Shown here one piece after another: positions 55,690-64,000 of a stretch of DNA of 64,000 bases (the first letter of the stretch is position 1; each line of letters begins with the position of its first letter). The notes under the pieces are model-generated. The model had not been told where the DNA came from. It saw nothing but the letters and a program-made list of their open reading frames with translations, and did no database searches. The position numbers and the translations under genes are program-made. This DNA is from Candidatus Microgenomates bacterium (lineage in GTDB: Bacteria; Patescibacteriota; Microgenomatia; UBA8517; JACQJR01), in the NCBI GenBank assembly GCA_016204995.1, contig JACQJR010000001.1, positions 241,132 to 305,131 on the forward strand, given 5' to 3'.

Positions 55690-56706
55690 CTATAGTTTTA
55701 CCTCTTCTGATATGAATTCGTCAAGTCCCCCGTCTAAAACAACCTCGGTGTTGCCTGTTTCTACTACGGTTCTTAGGTCTTTAACCATTTTATAAGGATG
55801 CAAAACATAAGAACGAATCTGATTTCCCCAGGAAGCCGGCCGATATTCGCCTCTTAATTCCCTTTGTTCATTGGCTCGTTCTTCTTGAGCTCTAGCCCAT
55901 AACTTAGCCGATAAAAGAGACAGGGCAATTTTTCTATTTTGCTCTTGAAAACGCTCTGTTTGGGCCGAAACTACTAATCCGGTAGGTTTATGGGTTAGTC
56001 GCACTGCTGTCGCCACCTTTTGCACATTTTGCCCGCCATGACCAGAAGCATGGAAAAATTGCCATTCAATATCCTCTTCCCGCAGTTCTACTGCTTCGGT
56101 ATCAGGTAGTTGAGGCAAAACTTCAACTAGGGCAAAAGAGGTTTGGCGTAGTTTTTGGGCATTAAAGGGAGATTGGCGGACCAACCGATGGGCTCCGGCT
56201 TCATTTTTCAAATAGCCATAAGCATATTGACCATTAACTAAAAAAGTGACAGATTTAATACCGGCTTCTTCCCCGGAAGCCATTTCCACTATTTCCACTT
56301 TCCAGCCGCGTTTTTCGGCGTACCTCATATACATCCTTTGAAGCATCTGGGCCCAATCCATCGCTTCTGTCCCGCCTTGACCGGCATGAATTGAGATAAT
56401 GGCTGATTCTTTGTCATATTTACCGGCTAAAAAGGTGATTAATTCCAGTTTTTTTAGTTCCCGTTCAACTTCATCGGTTTTACTTTCATCGCTCAAAGAG
56501 GTTTTTAACTGTTCAATTTTATCTACAGTTTCTTGTAACTCTGACAACTGGCTCATTTTTTTAGCCGCCGTTTCATGATCCTGCCAAAAAGCCGGATTTT
56601 CCGATTCTTTCTGCAGGTTTAAAATTTCCGCCTTTTTACCTGCCAAATCAATCGCCGCGCTTAACTTATCAATTTTTTCCGATAGTTCTTCAATCTTCGT
56701 CGCCAT
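55690..56706 (-). CDS. prfB: peptide chain release factor 2 (no programmed frameshift)
   Basis: 338 aa; 'RLVRQSPF' (SPF tripeptide = RF2), 'SGHGGQNVQK' (GGQ), strong identity blocks with bacterial RF2 throughout; single uninterrupted frame from Met. Confidence 0.85.
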   Translation of the reverse strand: MATKIEELSEKIDKLSAAIDLAGKKAEILNLQKESENPAFWQDHETAAKKMSQLSELQETVDKIEQLKTSLSDESKTDEVERELKKLELITFLAGKYDKESAIISIHAGQGGTEAMDWAQMLQRMYMRYAEKRGWKVEIVEMASGEEAGIKSVTFLVNGQYAYGYLKNEAGAHRLVRQSPFNAQKLRQTSFALVEVLPQLPDTEAVELREEDIEWQFFHASGHGGQNVQKVATAVRLTHKPTGLVVSAQTERFQEQNRKIALSLLSAKLWARAQEERANEQRELRGEYRPASWGNQIRSYVLHPYKMVKDLRTVVETGNTEVVLDGGLDEFISEEVKL

Positions 56707-56727
56707 ATGGGCTAATTTTAGCGGAAA

Positions 56728-57006
56728 TTAGTGGAGGTTACAAATTTGGGAACGGATGGCATCTAACTCGCTATTAGGTAAATTCTTAATTTGCGAAATA
56801 GTATCGGAAATTGTGGAAGATGCTTGTTCTACAGGATTAAATACTGCCGGTAAATTTACCAAAGGCACTGACTTAACAAAATTCTCCGTTGTTACACCTA
56901 AAACTTTTTGCATATTAGCTGCTACCAGCTCTCTGCCTGGCCCTAATAGTAAAAAGGCCATTACTCCTAAAACTATACCAATTAATAAAAATCTACCTAA
57001 AATCAT
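56728..57006 (-). CDS. hypothetical small membrane protein
   Basis: 92 aa, one TM. Confidence 0.25.
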   Translation of the reverse strand: MILGRFLLIGIVLGVMAFLLLGPGRELVAANMQKVLGVTTENFVKSVPLVNLPAVFNPVEQASSTISDTISQIKNLPNSELDAIRSQICNLH

Positions 57007-57007
57007 A

Positions 57008-57469
57008 TTAAGGCGCGCAAATTTGCGTTCTGGCTTTACTTTGCTCTTTAACTGATAAATTATTAAAGTTTTCTACCACTTCACCGCTAGTTGCCGAAGT
57101 AGCGGCATTCAGAACTTGCGGCGGACTGCCAATGGCTTGCGCGAGTTGCATCATATTATCCTGAATGAAAGAGCGAATCGCCACAGGAGTATTTTTATTT
57201 CTTAGAACTTCTGCCACCGCTGTCCGACCGCCCACTAATAAAAATCCCTCCACCACTAAAGTTAAAACAACCCCCAACAATATCCCAAACCCGGCTCCTT
57301 TGATACTCCATTCCAGCATGTGGTGACGGGTAACACCCAAAAGCAAAGCCACTAAAAAGATCCCGCCAATAATTAACACTGCCTGTTTGAGTTGAGGCGC
57401 AATAAAAGGATCCAGAAAAGAAGTCAGCTGATTAATAGAGCTAACAGCGATGAGCAGAATTTGTTCCAT
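57008..57469 (-). CDS. hypothetical membrane protein
   Basis: 153 aa, 3 hydrophobic segments. Confidence 0.35.
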   Translation of the reverse strand: MEQILLIAVSSINQLTSFLDPFIAPQLKQAVLIIGGIFLVALLLGVTRHHMLEWSIKGAGFGILLGVVLTLVVEGFLLVGGRTAVAEVLRNKNTPVAIRSFIQDNMMQLAQAIGSPPQVLNAATSATSGEVVENFNNLSVKEQSKARTQICAP

Positions 57470-57499
57470 CTCTACACTTTTATCATATCACACCGCAAG

Positions 57500-58117
57500 T
57501 TATGGTGTGGCGGTAGGAGTGGGCGTGGGGGAAGGAGTGGGCGAAGCAGTCGGACTAACGCTTGGCTTAGGTGTGGAGCTGGCTGTCGGCTTGGACGTAG
57601 CGCCCTTCCTTAAACCAGTAACAATGACTACCTCAAAACTGCCGGTGGCAGTAGTCACTCTATTCACAGTCGCGTAATTATCTTCTAAAATAGTAATGAT
57701 CTCATCCTGAAAATCCGCCGGCACAGTTTCGCTAAAAGAAACTGTAGTTTCTTTGTTATCTTTGGTATCCGCATTACCTGTTTCCACATTGGTATAACCC
57801 GCTGCAGTTAATTTATCTTTAGCTTTGCCTGCTTCGCCGGCGACACCAGTTCCATTTAATACCTGGATTTTAACATCTTCTTTGGCCATAGCCGGAGTGG
57901 GACTCGGAGTTACTTCGGAGATCGGCGTGGGGCTGGGAGTAGCTTCTATGGTACCACCAGTCTTACCCAGTAAAAAATAACCTCCAGCGACTAAACCTAT
58001 TAATATTAAAATCACTATAATAGGTAAAATGGGGAATTTCTTTTTTGATTCCCAGCTAGAAAAGGTTTGGGCTTGGACAGGAGTTTGACTAGAAGATTCT
58101 TTTGTCTCTTCTTCCAT
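57500..58117 (-). CDS. LytR_C (LytR cell-envelope-associated C-terminal) domain protein with PT-rich tails
   Basis: 205 aa; TM anchor, 'DVKIQVLNGTGVAGEAGKAKDKLTAAGYTNVETGNA...TTVSF' LytR_C signature; flanking Pro/Thr/Ser linkers. Confidence 0.55.
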   Translation of the reverse strand: MEEETKESSSQTPVQAQTFSSWESKKKFPILPIIVILILIGLVAGGYFLLGKTGGTIEATPSPTPISEVTPSPTPAMAKEDVKIQVLNGTGVAGEAGKAKDKLTAAGYTNVETGNADTKDNKETTVSFSETVPADFQDEIITILEDNYATVNRVTTATGSFEVVIVTGLRKGATSKPTASSTPKPSVSPTASPTPSPTPTPTATP

Positions 58118-58137
58118 CTTATTATAGGTTTAGGCGG

Positions 58138-58167
58138 AGTATAAACCCCGCCCCAACTTTTTGTCAA
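58138..58167 (-). promoter_or_regulatory. putative sigma70-like promoter TTGACA-N18-TATACT for 57500..58117
   Basis: minus-strand TTGACA (58162-58167) and TATACT (58138-58143); ~20 nt upstream of ATG. Confidence 0.4.
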
Positions 58168-58191
58168 GGGGGCAAAATTGTGGCTAAGTAG

Positions 58192-58752
58192 TTACTTTAA
58201 TGGAGCTTTTAAAATATCTTTAGCCCCTTTAATAGCTCCGACTAAGGCATTTTTCACCGCCTCGGCTGTTTCAGTGCTAACTTCTTCAGCTGCTTCTACT
58301 GCCGCCACGACCGCTTTTTCAGTTACTCGGGAAACATCACCGCCGATTTCGCCTGCTGCCTCAATCGTACCTTCTACAGTATTGACTGCTACTCCCACTA
58401 CATCTCCTCCTACCTCGGACGTCGCTTTCACCGTACTCTTAACTGCATGCTCTGCAGCCACTCCGGCATCTCCTCCTACCTCGCTGACGCCGGCAACAAC
58501 TTCTTTGCCTACATCGCGAGCGGCAGATACTAATGATGCTCCTGTTTGGCTAACACCTAAAATTGCACCTTGGGCTACATCAGTTGCCACCTGAATAGTG
58601 GTACCGGCAATATCTTCACTGGCGCGAAGTGTATTGACTACTGTGTCGCGCACCAATTTAGTAGCTTCACTGGTAATTTCATTAGTACCACTGATCGCCG
58701 CCACAATTCCATCTTTAACTTCGTTCACAATTCCTGCTAAAATTCCTGCCAT
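58192..58752 (-). CDS. protein composed of fourteen 11-residue amphipathic repeats (apolipoprotein/alpha-synuclein/LEA-like 3-11 helix)
   Basis: strong SD GGAGGTGA 6 nt before ATG 58752 (ORF track starts at TTG 58755); Ala/Val/Gly/Glu-rich; regular 11-mer periodicity ending in acidic/polar residue. Confidence 0.5.
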   Translation of the reverse strand: MAGILAGIVNEVKDGIVAAISGTNEITSEATKLVRDTVVNTLRASEDIAGTTIQVATDVAQGAILGVSQTGASLVSAARDVGKEVVAGVSEVGGDAGVAAEHAVKSTVKATSEVGGDVVGVAVNTVEGTIEAAGEIGGDVSRVTEKAVVAAVEAAEEVSTETAEAVKNALVGAIKGAKDILKAPLK

Positions 58753-58816
58753 CAATCTTCACCTCCCCACCTTCCTTAAACTTACTCATTTGTCCCCACC
58801 TTTGTCAAGTAGACGC

Positions 58817-60472
58817 CTAAATCGTTGACCACAAGGTGTAAACTATCCCGCTGTCTGGTCGCTTGATTTGATTAAGAATTTTTACCATCCTCCTCAAATT
58901 CAGTTCGTAATCACAACCTTCTCCATCCACTACCAACATCTTAGGTGACTCCGGAGCAGCCAAAACATCCTTGCTGGGACAACGTTGACCGGTAAATTCA
59001 AAATTCTCTGTTGTCCAAACCCCTTTTTCCCGCTTAATGGCATCTCTGTTAAAAGTTGCCGGATCGCGACCGGTGAAGAAAGCAATCCAGGGGTAGGGAT
59101 CATCAGGAATATCAGTCAGAACAATCTTGTCGTAATTATTTTGCACTTTATTTAATTCTTGAGCCAGTTCCTTGGCGCCGATATTTCTATATAATGACAC
59201 ATTGAATTTAGCATGCGTGTAATATTGATGAAGATAGAAGATAAAATTGGCCACCAGTAAAAAAGAGGTTAGATAGAGAGTCGGTTTTTTAAACCTTTTT
59301 AAATTAAAAATAAATTCCAACCCATAAGCCCCAATAATCGCGATGAAGGGAATCATAAATAAGGCCCGATGTAAATTTGGAGCATCCTCTGTAGTTAAAG
59401 CCGCCGGAATGGGGGCAACCAATAATAAAAGTAGCGGCAGAAAATTTTGTTTGCCGCGCACAATAGCCGCCAGACCTATAAGTAACAGCAATGCCTCAAT
59501 ATAAGTTAATTGGCCTACGCCCACTGTCAAGTAGCGCAGAGGTTTACCTGTTGATCCAATTAAGAAATCAGCACTGAAATATCTGGTATACTCGTTAATA
59601 AATCTTCTGGCATAAACTGACAATTTATTATGAAAAAGACGAGCGATAAAAACTTTATTTGGCCCTTCCTCAAAAGGCATCTTTGATAACTCATAATGCA
59701 CATCAAGATCATTAAAAATTGACACTTGGGAAAATCTGCTTCGGGCTTGGGAATCTAAAGAAAAAAACAGAGTAGTCAAAGACACTGCTATCAATACTCC
59801 TACTGCCACCTTTTTTATCTTAATCCCCAAACTTCTCCAATAGTAAAAAACGACCATGCCGATAAATAGCGGCGCTAATAATCTAATTGAGTGATAGAAG
59901 AAATAACTTAATATAAGAAAGAACACTCCCCAGATTAAAAATTTTCGCGTGATCGTATTTAAAAACCTAATCAATAAATAAATTCCCAAAAGGGCCAAAA
60001 ACATGGATATCACCACTTCACTGGTAGCGCGACTAACGCTGATATGCCAGGGATTAATAGCTAGTAGCAACGACGCTATGATGGCCACCCTTTTTTTATT
60101 CGTTAACTCGCGTGTTAAAAAATATAAAACTAAGATCGTCAATGCTCCAAACAAGGCGCTTGGCAATCTGACAGCAAATTCACTCTTTCCGAAAAGGGCC
60201 AGCGAGGGAATAATGGTGTAGAAAATTCCGGTGGGGCGATAATCACCAAAACTGTTGTAATAAAGGGCCAACTTATTACCCCTATCGTCTAGCCCTGTCT
60301 TTAAGATGGAATAAGCATTCCAGCCGGCTTTTACCTCATCGTTATGGAAACCAACCGGAAAATTATTCAATTGAAAAAGACGTAAAAATAATGCTAGAAG
60401 GAAAATTAAAACTAGGGGCCTAGTAAAAAATGACAATTTAATCACCACTGTTCCATTGTACAATATGAACAA
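58817..60472 (-). CDS. GT-C fold membrane glycosyltransferase, GT39/PMT_2 family
   Basis: 551 aa; 'FHNDEVKAGWNAYSILKTGLDDRGN'; ORF-track start is TTG sharing a base with the divergent gene; internal TTG ~60436 preceded by GGTGA is an alternative. Confidence 0.7.
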   Translation of the reverse strand: MFILYNGTVVIKLSFFTRPLVLIFLLALFLRLFQLNNFPVGFHNDEVKAGWNAYSILKTGLDDRGNKLALYYNSFGDYRPTGIFYTIIPSLALFGKSEFAVRLPSALFGALTILVLYFLTRELTNKKRVAIIASLLLAINPWHISVSRATSEVVISMFLALLGIYLLIRFLNTITRKFLIWGVFFLILSYFFYHSIRLLAPLFIGMVVFYYWRSLGIKIKKVAVGVLIAVSLTTLFFSLDSQARSRFSQVSIFNDLDVHYELSKMPFEEGPNKVFIARLFHNKLSVYARRFINEYTRYFSADFLIGSTGKPLRYLTVGVGQLTYIEALLLLIGLAAIVRGKQNFLPLLLLLVAPIPAALTTEDAPNLHRALFMIPFIAIIGAYGLEFIFNLKRFKKPTLYLTSFLLVANFIFYLHQYYTHAKFNVSLYRNIGAKELAQELNKVQNNYDKIVLTDIPDDPYPWIAFFTGRDPATFNRDAIKREKGVWTTENFEFTGQRCPSKDVLAAPESPKMLVVDGEGCDYELNLRRMVKILNQIKRPDSGIVYTLWSTI

Positions 60473-62103
60473 TGAAAAAACATATCCCTGCCTTAATTAT
60501 TATTCTGCTATTTGCCTTGGTCGGCATGAAAGCTCTTTTTCATCCCGGTCTTTTTACCGCCCATGATATCTGGCATCAAGTAGCCAGACTCTATCATTAT
60601 CACCAAGCTGTCCAAGACGGGCAATTTCCACCATATTGGATTGCTAACCTTGCTAATGGTTTTGGTTATCCGCTATTTTTCTTCTCCTATCATTTACCTT
60701 GGATCCTAGCTCTACCTTTGCTGGGTATAGGACTGTCTATACCCCTAACCATTAAAACTCTTTTTATAATTTCTTATTTCTTTTCAGGAATTGTGATGTA
60801 CTTTTTTTCTTTTGACCTATTTAAAAACAAATGGGCTGCTTTAACCTCTACCATTCTTTATCTGTGGGCCCCTTTCCACTTTGTCACTATTCTGGTAAGT
60901 GCTGCCATGGGCACTGCTTTTGTTTTTACTCTCTTCCCTCTACTTTTATGGGGATTATACAAAATTACCCACTATAAATCTCCCTTAGGCACTATTTTTA
61001 CCAGTCTAGGTTTAGCAGGCATTATCTTATCGCATCTTATGACAACTATTTTCCTTATACCACTACTTAGCTTATGGATCTTCTGGTTATTAAAAGATCA
61101 AAAGAATAAGAAAAATTTTCTGAAAAAAATTATTTACGCTGGCTTACTGGGCATAGGCCTTGCTGCATTCTATTTCTTACCAGCTATTTTTTATAGCCGT
61201 TTAACTCAAGTATCAAGTGGAGCTTTTGCCTCACTTTACGAAAAACAATTCGTTAATCTAACTCAATTGATTTACTCAAAATGGGGCTATGGCATCGCCG
61301 ACACAGCCAAAGAAATGAACATTTCTTTTCAAATTGGTATTGCTCAATGGATTGGCGTAATTTTGACCTTTGTATTAATTATTATGAAGAAACAGCGGAA
61401 AAATAATTTTTTGGGTATCACACTTATGACAACTTTTCTTATTAGCATCTTTGCTATGACTGATATTTCTAGATCAGTTTGGGTAATAATCTCTAAGATC
61501 ATCACCCTTGATTACCCCACCACTTTTTTGTTACCAGCTACTATTACTGGTTCTCTTTTGGCTGGATTTGTTGTCAGTCAGGTAAAAACTATTTCTCCTT
61601 TCGCATCAGTTCTTTTTATAATCATAGCCATTTATACTAATAGAAATCATCTGCGAGTTAATATGTATACCAATATTCCTGTTTCACTTTATGTGGCATC
61701 TGAAACTACTACCAATTCCTATCATGAATATCTACCGAAAACTGCAGATTTAGGACTTTTCAGCGAGAAAATAATTAGAGTATTGCCTCAGAATTCAGCG
61801 ATAGAGAATTTTAAACAAAACAGTAAAGAACTTTCCCTAAAAATTAGTCTTACAAGAGAAGACAATATCACCTTGGGGCATTTTTCTTTTCCAGGTCTAA
61901 ATCTCTATGTAGATGAAATTAAAACTATTTATGATAGTGAAGAACGTGGTCGGATAAAATTTCCTTTAACAGCAGGTAACTATTTCATTCAATTAAAATT
62001 TGAAGATACACCTTTGATAAAAATCTCCAAATTAGTTACTATTGGATCACTATTATATTTATTATTCCTGGCTTTTAAAAATATTTATGGCAAAAAAAGT
62101 TAA
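60472..62103 (+). CDS. PTPS-related (PF10131-like) polytopic membrane protein, putative GT-C
   Basis: 543 aa; 'FTAHDIWHQVARLYHYHQAVQDGQFPPYW' HDxxxHxxR loop; paralogue of 29307..31058. Confidence 0.5.
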   Translation: MKKHIPALIIILLFALVGMKALFHPGLFTAHDIWHQVARLYHYHQAVQDGQFPPYWIANLANGFGYPLFFFSYHLPWILALPLLGIGLSIPLTIKTLFIISYFFSGIVMYFFSFDLFKNKWAALTSTILYLWAPFHFVTILVSAAMGTAFVFTLFPLLLWGLYKITHYKSPLGTIFTSLGLAGIILSHLMTTIFLIPLLSLWIFWLLKDQKNKKNFLKKIIYAGLLGIGLAAFYFLPAIFYSRLTQVSSGAFASLYEKQFVNLTQLIYSKWGYGIADTAKEMNISFQIGIAQWIGVILTFVLIIMKKQRKNNFLGITLMTTFLISIFAMTDISRSVWVIISKIITLDYPTTFLLPATITGSLLAGFVVSQVKTISPFASVLFIIIAIYTNRNHLRVNMYTNIPVSLYVASETTTNSYHEYLPKTADLGLFSEKIIRVLPQNSAIENFKQNSKELSLKISLTREDNITLGHFSFPGLNLYVDEIKTIYDSEERGRIKFPLTAGNYFIQLKFEDTPLIKISKLVTIGSLLYLLFLAFKNIYGKKS

Positions 62104-62821
62104 AGCAAGAGTGATCGCTGTGATGCCTGCCTATAATGCTGCTAAAACCATCAAAAAAACTTTAGATGATATACCCAAAGGCGTAGTTGATAAAGTTGTA
62201 GTGGTAGATGATGGATCTGCCGATAAAACTGTTCTGGTTGCTAAAAAGTTAGGGTTAGAAGTATTCACCCATCCACAAAATAGAGGATATGGTGGCAACC
62301 AAAAAACTTGCTATACCATAGCACTTTCAGAAGGGGCTGATATTGTAGTGATGATTCACCCCGATTATCAATATGATAGCAGTTTAACCGGAGAATTAAT
62401 CAGGCCGATTTTACAAAATAGATTTGATGTTATGTTGGGATCAAGAATTCGCACCCGAGAAGAAGTATTAAAAGGCGGCATGCCTTTCTATAAATATCTC
62501 AGTAACAGATTTTTGACATTTTTGGAAAATTTATTTTTAGGACAAAATTTATCAGAGTATCATACTGGATTTCGCGCCTATACCAAAGAAATTTTAAAAA
62601 AGGTGCCCTTTCATAAATATTCTGATGATTTTGTTTTTGATCAGCAAATTTTGTTTGGGGCCATTGCTGCGGACGCTAGAATCGGCGAAATACCGGTGCC
62701 GGTTCGCTACTTTCCTGAAGCTTCTTCTATCAATCTGCAAAGATCTGCTATTTACGGTTTATCTATCTTAAAAGACTTATTACTTTACAGTATTATAGGT
62801 AAGGAAAAATTCTTAAAATAA
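62087..62821 (+). CDS. GT2 family glycosyltransferase (DPM1/ArnC-like), soluble
   Basis: start at ATG 62087 ('MAKKVKARVIAVMPAYNAAKTI'); 'VVVVDDGSADKT', 'IHPDYQYD'; upstream TTG extension overlaps previous gene. Confidence 0.75.
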   Translation: MAKKVKARVIAVMPAYNAAKTIKKTLDDIPKGVVDKVVVVDDGSADKTVLVAKKLGLEVFTHPQNRGYGGNQKTCYTIALSEGADIVVMIHPDYQYDSSLTGELIRPILQNRFDVMLGSRIRTREEVLKGGMPFYKYLSNRFLTFLENLFLGQNLSEYHTGFRAYTKEILKKVPFHKYSDDFVFDQQILFGAIAADARIGEIPVPVRYFPEASSINLQRSAIYGLSILKDLLLYSIIGKEKFLK

Positions 62822-64000
62822 TGTTTCTTTGGAAAAAATTTCCCTTAATCGTATGGCTGATTTTTATTATAGGTTTACTGGTACGCCTACTCTATTTTCC
62901 CCAAAATGTTTATTTTAGTTTTGATCAAGCCCGTGATGCTTTTACCGCGCAACAAATTTTAAAAGGCGATTTTAAAATCATCGGCCCGCCTTCAGCGGCC
63001 AGTGATAAATTATTTCCCGGACCATTAATTTATTATATTTACGCGCCCATCTATGGAATATTTGGTAAAAGTCCGGAAAACATTTCTCTGTTCTTACGTT
63101 TATTTAACGCCTTAGGCATTCTCTTAGTTTTTAAAATCGGTCAAATAATTTTCAATCGTAAGGTAGGAATCTTATCAGCCCTGCTTTTTGCTTTTTCTTA
63201 CGAACAAAGCCAATATGCTTTGTTTATTAGCCATCAACCCTTAGCAGTTATACCAGTCTTGCTTTTTTATTTAGGGTTAAGTCTATTAATTTTTGCTAAA
63301 AAATCTCAGGGTCTAATACTTACTATGTTAGGATGGGGAGTCGCTATTCAATTTCATTATGTCTATATTCTACTGCTACCAATTCTATTAATGATTTTAT
63401 TAATTTTTCGCCGGTCAATTTTTCCCATCCTTAAATTGAAAACTATCTTAATTTGCTTAGGCATCTTCTTGTTAACTACTTCTACCTATTTTATAACTGA
63501 ATTTAAATTCCATTTTAGACTTTTATCAGGAATTTGGGAAAAATTAGCTGCTACTTCAAGTTTGTCTGATAAAACTCATCTTTTTTACTCCCAAGAAACA
63601 CTATTCATAATTAACCGGTTTTTACATGATACTTTTTTAGCAAATTATAATTACACTCCAATTCTATGGTTTATCCTTGCAGGAATTTTAATTATCCTGC
63701 TAAAAAATCAAAAAATAAGACTAACAATAGTTTTTTTATTACTGTGGTTTATGGGTGGTTTAATACCATACTTTCTTTCTGGAACTCCCAGTTATTATTA
63801 TGCCGCCGCTGGCTCCGTTAGTTTATTAATTTTTGCGACTTTTATACTGGAAAAATTTTTAGCAAAACGAATTATTTTTCAAATTTTGCTTATCTTATTA
63901 ATAATTTTTAATAACATTTCTTTAATTAGACAATTCAACCCCCATGGTCTTAATCCGGATATGGTTATTCAACCAGAAATGACCACAAATTATGAAAAAG
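62821..64000 (+). CDS. GT-C fold membrane glycosyltransferase ('FDQARDA' family), 3'-partial at window end
   Basis: ATG overlaps upstream stop (TAATG); 'FSFDQARDAFTAQQILKGDFKIIGPPSAASDKLFPGPLIYYIYAP'; open to end of window. Confidence 0.5.
   Translation, partial: MFLWKKFPLIVWLIFIIGLLVRLLYFPQNVYFSFDQARDAFTAQQILKGDFKIIGPPSAASDKLFPGPLIYYIYAPIYGIFGKSPENISLFLRLFNALGILLVFKIGQIIFNRKVGILSALLFAFSYEQSQYALFISHQPLAVIPVLLFYLGLSLLIFAKKSQGLILTMLGWGVAIQFHYVYILLLPILLMILLIFRRSIFPILKLKTILICLGIFLLTTSTYFITEFKFHFRLLSGIWEKLAATSSLSDKTHLFYSQETLFIINRFLHDTFLANYNYTPILWFILAGILIILLKNQKIRLTIVFLLLWFMGGLIPYFLSGTPSYYYAAAGSVSLLIFATFILEKFLAKRIIFQILLILLIIFNNISLIRQFNPHGLNPDMVIQPEMTTNYEK

Noticed and set aside
58178-58594. 138-aa plus-strand Ser/Thr/Ala/Pro-rich ORF antisense to the 11-mer-repeat gene
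   Set aside because: It has no SD or promoter; the minus-strand ORF has a strong SD and regular 11-residue periodicity, so the plus-strand frame is a low-complexity mirror artefact.
1-64000. Search for CRISPR arrays, tRNA/rRNA genes, transposases, integrases
   Set aside because: No regularly spaced direct repeats of 25-40 bp, no GGTTCGAATCC-type tRNA T-arm signatures in intergenic gaps, and no DDE/tyrosine-recombinase-like ORFs were seen; the defence island therefore has no identifiable mobilisation gene.

Overview
This window is AT-rich and gene-dense; most genes run on the minus strand in long co-directional arrays. It is dominated by an extraordinarily large cell-envelope glycosylation locus. 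The content resembles a streamlined Gram-positive-like or Patescibacteria-like genome, but taxonomy cannot be established from the sequence alone.

**Glycosylation locus.**
- About 20 polytopic GT-C-fold membrane glycosyltransferases are present. Sub-families recognised: GT39/PMT_2/ArnT-like; an 'FDQ(A/G)RDA...GP.YYY' family; DUF2029/GT87-like; PTPS-related 'HDxxxH' proteins; and a YfhO homologue.
- About 10 GT2 enzymes are present, including polyprenol-phosphate-sugar synthases, one with a GtrA-like tail and one fused to a GT-C domain.
- Also present: a GT4, a Wzx flippase, a SAM methyltransferase, a fused MFS/spermidine-synthase-like protein, rmlC, two tandem rmlD paralogues and galE.

**Defence island (about 5.3 kb, 22.56-27.86 kb).**
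- The island interrupts the locus and carries a standalone SIR2_2-like gene and a translationally coupled Type II restriction-modification pair (beta-class DPPY methyltransferase plus a small PD-ExK endonuclease).
- It also carries a Cas4/RecB-like nuclease (QhxxY motif, 2+2 cysteines), a strongly SD-driven 35-aa basic peptide, and two small hypothetical ORFs without ATG starts.

**Housekeeping block (45-60 kb, minus strand).**
- DUF458, an archease-like gene, rmlD x2, rmlC, a CAP-domain protein, galE, a truncated tsaB and tsaE.
- A PT-linker surface protein with an apparent frameshift.
- A PcsB-like coiled-coil/C39 protein with ftsX and ftsE.
- A non-frameshifted prfB, a LytR_C protein and a protein built from fourteen 11-residue repeats.
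- trmD sits alone on the plus strand.

**Repeat phenomena.**
- A GC-rich palindromic element family with GACGGGT/ACCCGTC-type termini is inserted in-frame, Rickettsia-RPE-like, into three unrelated glycosyltransferase genes.
- An AT-rich 'GTTTTGAC-(WTTTGMG)n' element occurs once intergenically and once in-frame inside tsaE.
- Perfect heptanucleotide tandem repeats (3-4 copies) are pervasive in coding and intergenic DNA, including in-frame insertions in trmD and GT genes.

No rRNA, tRNA, CRISPR array, transposase or integrase was recognised.
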